A stretch of DNA of 64,000 nucleotides from a virus, in IMG/VR virus record IMGVR_UViG_3300036795_000211, positions 1 through 64,000 of that record. One strand, 5' to 3'. Positions within the stretch are counted from its first letter, which is position 1. Each line of letters begins with the position of its first letter. Below are positions 9,334-18,711 of this stretch, in pieces. Both the position numbers and the translations under genes were made by a program. The notes under the pieces are model-generated. The model was not told the DNA's origin. It did no database searches and saw only the letters and a program-made list of their open reading frames with translations.

Positions 9334-12027
9334 TCACTGCGCCGAATACGTTGCTCGGTAGGCCGCGTTGCGCGCTGTCCCGTCCAGCGCACCTCCGAGG
9401 GCCGAACCGGTATTCACGGCGGACTTCTCTACGGTTCCGATTAGCTTCCGTAGTAGCATTTCGACATTACCCATACCGCTCATCTTGGCCCCCCGCGCCA
9501 GTGCGATGAACGCGCGGCGTTCCGCGGGAGTGAGCACCTCCTCAGTACCACCGGTACCGTTCATGATCATGTGCTGTCCCGGGGGAAGGGGCCCGCCCTT
9601 GTCGTACCAGTTGTTCGCCACTTCGTGCCCCCACGCGGCCGCGGGAGAACCATACCGGCCAAGGATGTAATTCAGCCCCCACAAGATCTGCGCCTTGTAG
9701 TCGCCGAGGTTGTACGGGTGTCCGTGCCCTAGCGACTGCGGAATACCGTACGCCCCGGAGGACTGGTTAACGGCGTATGCGGACCAACCGGACTCCTGAT
9801 TCCACAACGACAGGAGTGGCGGGAACTGCGAAGCACCCCAGCCGTAATTACCGAGAATCGACCGAGCATATGCCTGCGCGAGTGCGGCGGATGCCGAACG
9901 AGCCCCGGTGTCCATAAAGCCACCGAACATCGACGGCGACAGCTGCGCATTCTTCTGCACGTACGCCGCAATAGCCTTCTGTGCCGCCGCGTTCCGCGCA
10001 TTCAACTGCCGAAGGAATGTCGGAACGGAGGGGTTGAACTGGTCCGCGTACTGCCAATCGCCGGTACCGCCGGCCAGTCCTCCGAGTACCTTCTTGGTCG
10101 GACCGGCCGGCATCACGTGGGAGCCCTTCGGCAACCACGTGATCTCCGGACCCTCTTCACCGGTGAGGTAATAGCCGGACGCTCCGATTCCGCCTCCCCG
10201 CGCCCTACGTCCCTTAATCGGACGGGACGGGAACGACACACCGGCGGGAAGGTTCAACCCGAACGTCAGCGCGACCTTCTTGCCGTGAATTGCGTCCCAG
10301 TCGTGCTGGATGTTCCGCGCCTTCTTTGCGATGTCCGCTTGGATCGCATCGGTCGTGGTCTTGATCGAGGCCTGTGCCTTTCGGAACGGCGCACCCAACG
10401 GACCCGGGAGCTTCGCCATAATCCCGATGATCTTCGACACGAGCTTCAAGAAGGTCAGCTCGATTGCATCCGCCGTAAGGAAGGTGGCGTTCTTCCAGAT
10501 GTCCAGCGCCCGCGGAATCGTCTTCGTAAAGAAGTTGATCAGCGGTGCCGCGAAGTTGTTATAGATCGAGTGCCACGCTGAGATCCACGCTCGCTTAATC
10601 GCCGGCCACATGTTTATCAGCAGCGCGGACAAGGCGACAACGGCACCGACCACTGCCGCGATGATCAGCGGAACGCCCGCGAACGCTAGTGCTAGTGCGA
10701 CGCCAAGTGCCGTAACCCCGAGGATGATTGCCAGCAGGGCGTTCGGCGACAGGTGCGCAAGGAACTTCGCGATCGCTGCGGTGATCACTAGCATTACGGC
10801 GCCGAGCGGTGCTAGTGCGATACCGAGGTTAACGAAGATGCGCAGGATGCTAAGCAGCAGCGATCCGAGAACCGGTCCGTTTGCCACAACGTATGCGATG
10901 AACGCATTGAAGCCGGCGGAACCCGACAGTCCACTGGCCCAGTTCGCAAACTCCCGGGCCAGCGATACGATTCCGGGTAGGACAATCTGCGCCAACGGAA
11001 TGAACGCGAGCAGGATCTGACCGAGTGCGTTAGCTAGCTGTACGCCAGCAAGACCGAATTCCTTGAGCGCGAACGCTCCGAACTTGCCCATCTCCTGCAG
11101 GAAGTCGTGGAACGCGGGGGAGGTAGCAACGATCTCGAACTCATCGCCGAGAGCCTTGAAGGCACCGAGCGCTGGTTTGACGATCAGCGGTAGTAGACCC
11201 AGTACCGTCTTTACGACCTGGAACCACGGCTGAAGAGCGTTCGATACCGGCCTTGCGAATTCGTTCTGCAGCTTATGCCAGAGTGCGACGACCTGCAGCA
11301 GCTCTTGGAACAAGCCCTTCTGCGTACCGGTGAGGTTCCTCGTCGCGTCCGCTTCAGCACGCAGTGCGGCCGTTCGTTGGGTCCCGGTCGTTGCAGCCTT
11401 GAGCTTCGCCTGTGCCGCCGTCAAGGCCTGGTAGTCCTTGATCAGCTTCGAGACGACCGGACCAACGGCAATCGCAATACCGCCGACAGCAAGTCCAGCG
11501 CCGGCCAACGACGCGGTAAGTGCACCGGCAAGACCGATAACCGGAGTTAGTGCGGCAACGATCAACGGGGCTAGACCGATAATTGCGGAGACAAGACCCG
11601 ACCAAACGACGTTACCTTGCGAGATGTTGTTCGACATCCCGCTGAACGCACCACCGAGACCGCCGATAGCCGAGAGCAGACCGCCGAAACCGCCTCCGCC
11701 GCCGAAAATCCCGCCGATGTTAAGCCGCTTCTTGTTCAGCGAGTCAACTTCGTGCTTCGTAATCTCGATCTCAGCGTCGGCTTCGGCAAACCCCTGCGCA
11801 TCGACCTTGAGCTTTATCGCCTTCTGGAGGTTCTCGCGAAGAGCGTCGTACATCGCGGTAGTCGATACCGCTTCTTCCTTCGGCTGCGCAGCGTCGACCT
11901 TTAGCTCGGCCTCAAAGGTCTTACCGTCGAAGTCCGCGCCCTCTTGCTTCGCCTTTGCAACATCTCGTTCGAACTGATCACGATTGAGCTTAAGCGTCGC
12001 TTCGATCGAGCCGGCATCGAACGTCAC
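9334..12027 (-). CDS. tape measure protein with C-terminal lytic transglycosylase domain
   Basis: Ala/Leu/Gly helical repeats; LWNQESGW...SSGAYGIPQ SLT motif. Confidence 0.9.
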   Translation of the reverse strand: MTFDAGSIEATLKLNRDQFERDVAKAKQEGADFDGKTFEAELKVDAAQPKEEAVSTTAMYDALRENLQKAIKLKVDAQGFAEADAEIEITKHEVDSLNKKRLNIGGIFGGGGGFGGLLSAIGGLGGAFSGMSNNISQGNVVWSGLVSAIIGLAPLIVAALTPVIGLAGALTASLAGAGLAVGGIAIAVGPVVSKLIKDYQALTAAQAKLKAATTGTQRTAALRAEADATRNLTGTQKGLFQELLQVVALWHKLQNEFARPVSNALQPWFQVVKTVLGLLPLIVKPALGAFKALGDEFEIVATSPAFHDFLQEMGKFGAFALKEFGLAGVQLANALGQILLAFIPLAQIVLPGIVSLAREFANWASGLSGSAGFNAFIAYVVANGPVLGSLLLSILRIFVNLGIALAPLGAVMLVITAAIAKFLAHLSPNALLAIILGVTALGVALALAFAGVPLIIAAVVGAVVALSALLINMWPAIKRAWISAWHSIYNNFAAPLINFFTKTIPRALDIWKNATFLTADAIELTFLKLVSKIIGIMAKLPGPLGAPFRKAQASIKTTTDAIQADIAKKARNIQHDWDAIHGKKVALTFGLNLPAGVSFPSRPIKGRRARGGGIGASGYYLTGEEGPEITWLPKGSHVMPAGPTKKVLGGLAGGTGDWQYADQFNPSVPTFLRQLNARNAAAQKAIAAYVQKNAQLSPSMFGGFMDTGARSASAALAQAYARSILGNYGWGASQFPPLLSLWNQESGWSAYAVNQSSGAYGIPQSLGHGHPYNLGDYKAQILWGLNYILGRYGSPAAAWGHEVANNWYDKGGPLPPGQHMIMNGTGGTEEVLTPAERRAFIALARGAKMSGMGNVEMLLRKLIGTVEKSAVNTGSALGGALDGTARNAAYRATYSAQ

Positions 12028-12326
12028 TGCCAGTCCGCCTTTCCTTCGACCGCGCGGACCCGGACTCCGATGCCCTGCAGCGCCTGGTCCTTCTCCGTCT
12101 TAGCCGAACGTTCAGGTGTCTGCGGTACCGATCCGGGCTCGTTCCCGACCTTCCCCTCTTCGCGAAGGCCTTCGATTAGCGAATACTGCTCCCACCATTC
12201 GAGCTGTTCCCATTCGTCCCACGACATCATGAACTTGACGCGGACAACGTAGTAGGTTAGGCGCGCATCCCGATACCCGGTATCCCGTTCAACTGAGGCA
12301 TCGAAACGGCGCCACCGACTTCCGGG
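12024..12326 (-). CDS. tail assembly chaperone, frameshifted extension (gpGT-like)
   Basis: ORF in the -1 frame overlapping the chaperone gene and ending at the TMP start. Confidence 0.7.
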   Translation of the reverse strand, partial: PGSRWRRFDASVERDTGYRDARLTYYVVRVKFMMSWDEWEQLEWWEQYSLIEGLREEGKVGNEPGSVPQTPERSAKTEKDQALQGIGVRVRAVEGKADWQ

Positions 12327-12694
12327 CGCAGCTCCTTCATCAGCCACGCATAGAAGAGCATGCGGCCACGCATCGGCAACTTGTTGAGCTGAATCGTTGT
12401 CGGCTGACCCTGACAGAGCTTTGCGAAGGCCTTTGTGTAACCGTTGATCATCTGTCCGAGGCCGACGCTCTCCTCCATGTTCGACAGTACCTTCATGATC
12501 GTCGCCGGGTCAGCATCTTCCGACAAGTCCGTCAAGCCGGACTTCGCTAGGAGCTCCTTCGATACCTTTGCGAGGTCTCGGAAGAGGGCCTCCATCGCCT
12601 TGTCCGACGGCTCCGGAACGACCCCCTTTCCGCCTCCGTACTTCTCGAAGTTCCAGTCGAGTTCCTTGAGTACGGCGCCTGCATCGAATCCCAC
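12257..12694 (-). CDS. tail assembly chaperone (gpG-like)
   Basis: Between major tail protein and tape measure. Confidence 0.8.
   Translation of the reverse strand: MGFDAGAVLKELDWNFEKYGGGKGVVPEPSDKAMEALFRDLAKVSKELLAKSGLTDLSEDADPATIMKVLSNMEESVGLGQMINGYTKAFAKLCQGQPTTIQLNKLPMRGRMLFYAWLMKELRPEVGGAVSMPQLNGIPGIGMRA
12320..12326 (-). other. putative -1 frameshift site C-CCG-GAA
   Basis: RPE codons; a -1 slip enters the downstream ORF (PGSRWRR...). Confidence 0.55.
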
Positions 12695-12728
12695 AGCTGC
12701 CTCCTAGCCGCTGGTTGGGTCGACCCGC

Positions 12729-13328
12729 TTACAGCGCGGTCGAGATGATGTCGATGACCTGGCAGTTAGACAGGTCGGTCAACGAGTTCAGCGTGATCGG
12801 GTACATCCGCTTGTCCGCCGCACGGCGGAAGTTCGTCTGCACCTGTCCCGCCGAGTTGATCTTCGGGATGTAGAAGACGCGGGGGAACCCGAGGTCGTTC
12901 TTCGCCAGGATCGCACAGGCGAGCGAAGCGAAGTTCGAACTCAAGGTAAGCGTCTTCTTACCGGGAACGCCGGTACCCTGCGATTGCGTGGCGATCGATC
13001 CACCGCCGCCGTACGCGAGGTTGATGTTGTTCAGCGTCTCTTCGGCCATCGAGGTCGAGATCTGGAAGGTCGCCGTTTGCACCAGCGAGGCCACCGGGAT
13101 CGGCGTCTCCTCGATCTGGATGTCGTTCATGTTCGGCGAGAACTGGACCTGGACGCCCTGATCGGTACCGCCGGTATACGTCCAGCCAGTCCACTTGGAG
13201 AAGTCACCGAGATCGACGTCCGCCGGGAGCGCCGTACCGAACGGTGACGTCCACAGGTAACCGTTACCGAATAGCACCTCCTGCGTGTTGTACGCGGGAG
13301 GCAGGAACTCAGTACCCAAGTTCGGCAT
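12729..13328 (-). CDS. major tail tube protein
   Basis: WTYTGGTDQGV...SMAEETL motifs; high GC3; position. Confidence 0.85.
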   Translation of the reverse strand: MPNLGTEFLPPAYNTQEVLFGNGYLWTSPFGTALPADVDLGDFSKWTGWTYTGGTDQGVQVQFSPNMNDIQIEETPIPVASLVQTATFQISTSMAEETLNNINLAYGGGGSIATQSQGTGVPGKKTLTLSSNFASLACAILAKNDLGFPRVFYIPKINSAGQVQTNFRRAADKRMYPITLNSLTDLSNCQVIDIISTAL

Positions 13329-13352
13329 TGCGGGTCACTCCTTTCCGTGTAG

Positions 13353-13730
13353 TTAGACGCCGGGAACCGGTGTCACGTTGATTAGACCGACCGAAATGGT
13401 CGAAGCACCGGCGAAGTCGATGTACATGTTCCCATCGGCCTGCTTGTGATTCTTTGCGTTGTACGGACCGAGGACGTACGTCTTACCGGTCGGTACCGTC
13501 GCCAACGGCATCTGCGCCGCTGCCGGAACAGCCCCCTCCGGTTCGACCAGCGGACTGACGTTCCTCGTAAGGGTCAGCGTGCTACCCGACGTGTTCGTCA
13601 CGACCAGCAGCATGTAGCCGTTGTTCGCGAACTGCACACCGGTAAAGCCGGTCGTAACGGTGAGTGCCGCGGTCGTGACGTCGACCCCTGCCGGACTTGC
13701 TGCGGCCGGGTTAAGCGCTAGCCTCGCCAC
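13353..13730 (-). CDS. small beta-sandwich virion protein
   Basis: F.N.G..LL.V.N.SG..T.T...VP.G....GP pattern; position before the tail tube gene. Confidence 0.65.
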   Translation of the reverse strand: MARLALNPAAASPAGVDVTTAALTVTTGFTGVQFANNGYMLLVVTNTSGSTLTLTRNVSPLVEPEGAVPAAAQMPLATVPTGKTYVLGPYNAKNHKQADGNMYIDFAGASTISVGLINVTPVPGV

Positions 13731-14088
13731 CGGCTTCCTCCTCGCTCTTGTCGGTGAGCGTCACGCCCTGCGACACGGCCGCGTCACGCAAGAGTGCGGC
13801 CTGCTGCGGACTAAACGCACGGTACTCATCGGTGACCTCGGCCCCGATGATCTCGAGACCGGAGTGCGGTGAAGCCACCTTCAGCCACACGGAATCCGAC
13901 TTCGGATCCTTTTCCGCTTCATCCGGAATCGGCTGTCCGGCCGGAACGACCCCGGGAGGGTATTCCTCTGCGGGTGCCGCCCCCGCAGCTTCCGCCGGAG
14001 GCTCCGAGTCGGCATCGGAAACGGTAACCGCGGGGGCGGCAGCTTCGGTCTTCTGCGGTTCTTCGTCGTCAGCCCATGTGGAGCTCAT
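13711..14088 (-). CDS. acidic hypothetical neck-region protein
   Basis: Gene packing and codon bias. Confidence 0.7.
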   Translation of the reverse strand: MSSTWADDEEPQKTEAAAPAVTVSDADSEPPAEAAGAAPAEEYPPGVVPAGQPIPDEAEKDPKSDSVWLKVASPHSGLEIIGAEVTDEYRAFSPQQAALLRDAAVSQGVTLTDKSEEEAGGEASA

Positions 14089-14477
14089 ACTCCGACCACC
14101 AATCGATAGTTGCTTACGTACTCGAGTCGATCGCCGTCATCCGGTGGTCCCAGCGGGGTAGGCGCACTTCCGAATCGGTCGATCAATCGGATACGCGTGG
14201 TACCGATTGTCATCGGCACGGGAGCGGCAAGCAACATCGCATCGTATGCCGTCGCCGTATTCTCGGGCCAGTCCTGTTCGTTGGCGTCCCCGCGTACCCG
14301 CATCTGGAAGTTCTGGTCGTCGAGAATCCCCTCCGTGGTAAGCCCGGCGCCTCCCGCGAACGTGAACGTGATCATCCGTCCCGGCATCTCGGGGATGAAC
14401 GGACCCCGATTGATCAGTGTCTTGTCGGCACCGAGCTGCAGCAGGAAGCCGTTGAAGTCGGCCCAGATCCACGCCAT
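14085..14477 (-). CDS. tail terminator
   Basis: FQMRVRG...YVSNY pattern; TAATG coupling. Confidence 0.75.
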   Translation of the reverse strand: MAWIWADFNGFLLQLGADKTLINRGPFIPEMPGRMITFTFAGGAGLTTEGILDDQNFQMRVRGDANEQDWPENTATAYDAMLLAAPVPMTIGTTRIRLIDRFGSAPTPLGPPDDGDRLEYVSNYRLVVGV

Positions 14478-14986
14478 TACGCACCGCCGTGATAGTTCGG
14501 CGGGTGAATGTGTCCCTCGACGTGCCACCAGATGTAACCGAGTAGTGGACCGGGAAGCGGAATCCGCCGCGCTTTGTCCCGCAGTTCCTGCTCGGTCAAA
14601 CGGCGGGCCGCGGGAGGACGATTAAAGATAAGCTTTCCGCTGCTCGTTACGCTCGGGTGTCCCGATCGTCGAAGGTCGCCCCACAACACCGGGGCATGCG
14701 TTTCCACGCCACCTTCTCCGGCGAGGTCCTCCATCGCGTCTTCCATCCCCCGTGCACCACCGTCCTCAAGGACAGTTTCGGCGATCCCGGTGAGGTACCG
14801 ATCGCGATTGTCTAGGAGCGGTTGGCTCAGATATTTGGCCTGTCCGCCCCTGGGGTGCTTCAGGTCCAGCCCTTCGTGCTGGTACTTCGCGTAGATCTGA
14901 TCCACGACCACTTGTCCGGTAAGCGGACCGCCTTCGTCTACGATTTTCGACAGGTCGTCCATTCGCTTACCGAAGGTCCCGGCCAT
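14477..14986 (-). CDS. HK97 gp10-like / neck protein
   Basis: YAKYQHE...GGQAKYL and APVLWGDLRRSG motifs. Confidence 0.7.
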   Translation of the reverse strand: MAGTFGKRMDDLSKIVDEGGPLTGQVVVDQIYAKYQHEGLDLKHPRGGQAKYLSQPLLDNRDRYLTGIAETVLEDGGARGMEDAMEDLAGEGGVETHAPVLWGDLRRSGHPSVTSSGKLIFNRPPAARRLTEQELRDKARRIPLPGPLLGYIWWHVEGHIHPPNYHGGA

Positions 14987-15489
14987 CAGAAGCCCTCGTG
15001 GAGTGCAGGATCGTTCTCCAGCGATACGCCGTCAACGCCGAAGGGCGGCCGGAGCCCGAGACCGAAGTCGCTACCGGTAAACGCCGTGGCACCGTATAGC
15101 AACGGATTGATCACCTTCGACCGTGTTTCCACGGGAACCGGATCAGTGTCGACTCCCGGAGGTACGACCTGAATCTCCCCGGCCCGGATACCCTTCAGCG
15201 TTGCTTGGGCGTCCTGGTACAGCAAGTAGACCGGATCGAACTGCGAAAGGTCCTTGCCCTTTCGGTATGCGAGGGTAGCGTAGTACGCTCCCAGCGCGAT
15301 AACGAGTCCCTTAACGATCGGGGTTACGTTCGAGTCCTCGAACGGCTGACCCGTGGACCCATCGACCAGACCCTGCGCACGAGTTATGTGCTGCGACATC
15401 TGATCGTCCGTGAACGTAGCCGCGGTACCGGCGAAGTTGCCGTCCGGGGCCAGCGTTTCACGGATATCGGCTGGGAGCGCGTACGTCAC
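14986..15489 (-). CDS. head-tail adaptor (Mu gp36-like)
   Basis: MTYA..ADI...YQDA..TLKGIRAG pattern. Confidence 0.75.
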   Translation of the reverse strand: MTYALPADIRETLAPDGNFAGTAATFTDDQMSQHITRAQGLVDGSTGQPFEDSNVTPIVKGLVIALGAYYATLAYRKGKDLSQFDPVYLLYQDAQATLKGIRAGEIQVVPPGVDTDPVPVETRSKVINPLLYGATAFTGSDFGLGLRPPFGVDGVSLENDPALHEGF

Positions 15490-15680
15490 TTCTGGTCGCT
15501 CCCCTTCGGGGCCTCAGCGGCTGAGTCCTTCTTCGTGGACTCATCGGCCTCGCGCTCTTCACGCGCGGCCGCCGCCACCGGGGCATCCGGGTCCGGCAAC
15601 TTCTTCGTGCCGGCATCGGTACCGGCAGAAGCGGCCGTGGGGACGGCGTCCTTCGGGTCGTACTCGCCTTCCTTGGTCAC
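15486..15680 (-). CDS. small acidic low-complexity protein
   Basis: GTGA and ATGA overlaps with neighbours. Confidence 0.55.
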   Translation of the reverse strand: MTKEGEYDPKDAVPTAASAGTDAGTKKLPDPDAPVAAAAREEREADESTKKDSAAEAPKGSDQK

Positions 15681-15907
15681 GACTCCTCCTCCGGTTCCTC
15701 ACCGAACAGCGGTGCCTTGGCCGCGGACCGGAACGTTGCCGCCTCTTCCTTTGACGGCTTACGAACGGTACCCCGATCGCGCAGCTCCGTGGCGACGGAT
15801 CGCGGGAGCTCCACGACCGTGTCGGCCCGAAGCAGCTGGCCCTGATGCGAACTGTTCCGCACCATATAGGCCTTGACCATCGGGTCCTTCTCGGCGGTGT
15901 CCGCCAT
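15677..15907 (-). CDS. small head-completion-type protein
   Basis: Follows MCP; VVELP..VA.EL..RG motif; strong SD. Confidence 0.7.
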   Translation of the reverse strand: MADTAEKDPMVKAYMVRNSSHQGQLLRADTVVELPRSVATELRDRGTVRKPSKEEAATFRSAAKAPLFGEEPEEES

Positions 15908-15945
15908 TGTTCCTCCTTTCCCGAACTACTGCTGGCGTTCCGGGA

Positions 15946-16944
15946 TCAGCCGGTCGTCAGTGCGGTGCCACCGGCAGGCGGCTGGGCCGTGGTAACGCCG
16001 GTCAGCATGCAGACGGCCTGCGGCTGGTCGACACCCAGCGCCGATGCCCGCTGCACGTCGGAACGCCACGTCTTGCGCGGCTCATCCCGGTACAGCGGCG
16101 AGGCCATCAGCGGGATCTCATCGGAATAGAACCCGAGGCGACCTCGCTGCACGACGAACGCCGTACCTGCCGGGCACTGTCGGGAGACCAGAACGTCGAG
16201 GTTCATGATCTTGTTCGGCAGCAACCCGGTGTAGTAGATAGAATCGGTGGCCGCGTCGCCGATGTACGGCTTGGCGAAGTCCACCGACTTGAACAGGGCC
16301 AGCTTGGCCGTGTGGTCGATGATCAGGGTGTCCGGCTCGAAGCCGAAGAAGTTCTGACCCTGAGCGTCGTACGCGGCGTTCTCGACCAGCCAGATCGCAT
16401 CGGCGAGGTGCGCCCGGATGATCCCCGAGTTCGCCGTTGACGTGCCGCCCTGCGCGATGGTGCCGTCCCACGCGTCCGCCGCCGTGATCGAGTACTGCGA
16501 CCCGGAAGGGATCTGCGAAACGAGCAGGTTGAAGAACGCCGTGTTCCAGTTCTTCACCATCGTGTTCTTGACCTGCGTGAGCTGCCGGTTCACCGGGTCC
16601 ACGATCTGCCGGCGCCGCATGGCATCGGAGACCTGGATTGCCAGTGCACGCTCATAGCTGTACGCCACGAGCAGTTCCCCGACGGCCCCGGTCGTGGCGG
16701 GCACTTCGGCGAACTCAGCGCGGATGTCCGAGTCGTTCTGAGCGAACAGCGGCGTGGACCGTTCGTAACGGACCGCACCGGACTCGTTCATGCCGGCATT
16801 CCGGAGCACGGACTCGATGATGAACTCGTTCGACATCAGGTCGAGTATGAGTGCCGGAATGCGCATCGGGTCCTTGAGATAGTCGTCGACGGTAATGCGC
16901 TGGCCGTCGAACGAGCTAGCAATCGGGAACGTCTGCGTAACCAC
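15946..16944 (-). CDS. major capsid protein (HK97 fold)
   Basis: 332 aa, extreme GC3 bias, AEFAEVP, PDTLII and C-terminal GVDQPQAV motifs. Confidence 0.9.
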   Translation of the reverse strand: MVTQTFPIASSFDGQRITVDDYLKDPMRIPALILDLMSNEFIIESVLRNAGMNESGAVRYERSTPLFAQNDSDIRAEFAEVPATTGAVGELLVAYSYERALAIQVSDAMRRRQIVDPVNRQLTQVKNTMVKNWNTAFFNLLVSQIPSGSQYSITAADAWDGTIAQGGTSTANSGIIRAHLADAIWLVENAAYDAQGQNFFGFEPDTLIIDHTAKLALFKSVDFAKPYIGDAATDSIYYTGLLPNKIMNLDVLVSRQCPAGTAFVVQRGRLGFYSDEIPLMASPLYRDEPRKTWRSDVQRASALGVDQPQAVCMLTGVTTAQPPAGGTALTTG

Positions 16945-16982
16945 CCGGTTCCTCCTTTCCCTTCGTTGTTATCGAGTGGCGG

Positions 16983-17405
16983 TCAGAGCAGCGGACCGAT
17001 TCGGGCCCGAGCCACCGTTGCTGCGCCGGCCACACCGAGAGGTTCGGTGCATCGGCCGACGACCGTGCCGAACACGTTCGCAGCGATCGTCTGGACCTGG
17101 CCAGTGGCATCTGCCGCCAGCAAGGCACCGAACGCCGTTGCGGTGTTGTACGTGACCCGGAGGTCGATCCCGTAGCCGACGGCCACGTAGTCCGGGTTCT
17201 GAGCGATGTTCGCCGGGTTCTGGGCGTCCTGACTCGTCCGGACCCCCGCGTCATGCAGGGCAACGCCCACGCACGTTGCGGCGAGTGCGGTGCAGGTCTT
17301 AACCGCACCACCGGTATCCGGCATCACCAGCTGGCTGCCCAGCACGGTCGAGATGACCTGATACGTGGTCGGACCCTGACGGACGTAAGGCACGAGGCCT
17401 GGCAT
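16983..17405 (-). CDS. capsid cement/decoration protein (DUF2190-like)
   Basis: VGVALHDA...GALLAADATGQV...VVGRC pattern; between scaffold and MCP. Confidence 0.75.
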   Translation of the reverse strand: MPGLVPYVRQGPTTYQVISTVLGSQLVMPDTGGAVKTCTALAATCVGVALHDAGVRTSQDAQNPANIAQNPDYVAVGYGIDLRVTYNTATAFGALLAADATGQVQTIAANVFGTVVGRCTEPLGVAGAATVARARIGPLL

Positions 17406-17463
17406 CGGCTACGGCCCTCCTTCCTTTCTGTTCTCGATGATCGCGGGAGTGGGAGCTTGCCCC

Positions 17464-18711
17464 TTACAGGGCGAACGCCGACCGCGCCGCCTTCACGAAG
17501 TCGCGCGTTTCCTGGACTTCCTGCTCGCGCTCCTCCCGCTCTTCGTCCGGCTCGAGGCCGTTCCCGATGACGCCGCTCAGGTCGAGCAGCTTGATCTGCT
17601 TGCCGATCTCGGTCAGCACGGTTCGCATGACCTGGCCGGCATCGATCTCGTCCCCGCCGGACAGTTCGACCACGTGGCCGGACCCTTCCAGCAGTGGCCG
17701 CGCCAGGTCCACGATCGCCGGGGGGATGCCCAGCGCGTTGGCGAACTGCGTCCGTTCGTTCTGGAACGCCTGCTCGTCGAGACCGGCCTGTACCGCGTCG
17801 AGGTGCTCACCCTGCTGCACGATCAGCGCGTTCGCGTTGGCCAGTTCCAGTGCCTGCCGACGTTGCGAAGCCGAAACGGTCGCAGGAACCCGATCGGTCG
17901 GGGCCACTTCGTCCTCCTCCTCTTCGTCCTCATCGTCGTCGGTGTCCTCGTCCTCGACCATGTCGGCTTCGGCCTGCGCGATCAGCGCGTCGAGGTCCTC
18001 GTCGCTCAGCTCCGATTCGTCGTCGCTCTCACCGTCATCGTCGTCCTCGGTGAGTTCGTCGACAAGGCCTTCCAGGTCGTCATCCGACGCGTTGCGGGCC
18101 TTCTTCAGCAGCTCGAGGAGCTGACCCTTGTCTTCCAGCGTGAACGCCACCTTGTCTCCTCCTTCCCTTTCTCCGAACGTTGCATCGGAGAGGTCGAGAA
18201 CTTCGACCGTTCCGAGCTCGTTGCTCAGCGCGACGGGCACTTCGACTTCCTGCCACGTTCGCATTCCCGCGATGTGCGGGTCGAGCGTTCCCAGCACGTG
18301 CTGTAGTGCGGCCTTCCAGTGCTTTCCATCGGAACGCTCGTAGTCCTCATAGATCCTTGCGGAGACCCCGAGTTCGGGGTTGTCTCGCAGGAGTTCATCT
18401 CCCTTCCTCGTGGCCTCCAAGATCAGATCGAGACCGTCATTCGTCATCTCGACGCCGACGATCTTTCCCCGGGTCCGTTCCGGGTCGTTGTTGTGCTTGT
18501 TGTTCCCGTCGGCCAGCTGGAACGGTACCTGACCGAACGCCTTGTCCTTGAACGAACGGACGAGGTTCTGAAGGTAGTCCTTGTCGAACTTGAGCTGCTG
18601 CCCCTTGTAGGTGATCTCGCCGAGCGGCAGCAGCTGCGTACGCCACATCCGGCGACCAAGCGATACGGTACGCCGTTTGGAGCGCGGGGTGAGGAGTCCG
18701 TTTACCGTCAT
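17464..18711 (-). CDS. Mu I-like prohead protease-scaffold
   Basis: QLLPLG...H..D...GVSA...LQHVLGTLDPHIAGM protease half followed by an acidic coiled scaffold half. Confidence 0.8.
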   Translation of the reverse strand: MTVNGLLTPRSKRRTVSLGRRMWRTQLLPLGEITYKGQQLKFDKDYLQNLVRSFKDKAFGQVPFQLADGNNKHNNDPERTRGKIVGVEMTNDGLDLILEATRKGDELLRDNPELGVSARIYEDYERSDGKHWKAALQHVLGTLDPHIAGMRTWQEVEVPVALSNELGTVEVLDLSDATFGEREGGDKVAFTLEDKGQLLELLKKARNASDDDLEGLVDELTEDDDDGESDDESELSDEDLDALIAQAEADMVEDEDTDDDEDEEEEDEVAPTDRVPATVSASQRRQALELANANALIVQQGEHLDAVQAGLDEQAFQNERTQFANALGIPPAIVDLARPLLEGSGHVVELSGGDEIDAGQVMRTVLTEIGKQIKLLDLSGVIGNGLEPDEEREEREQEVQETRDFVKAARSAFAL

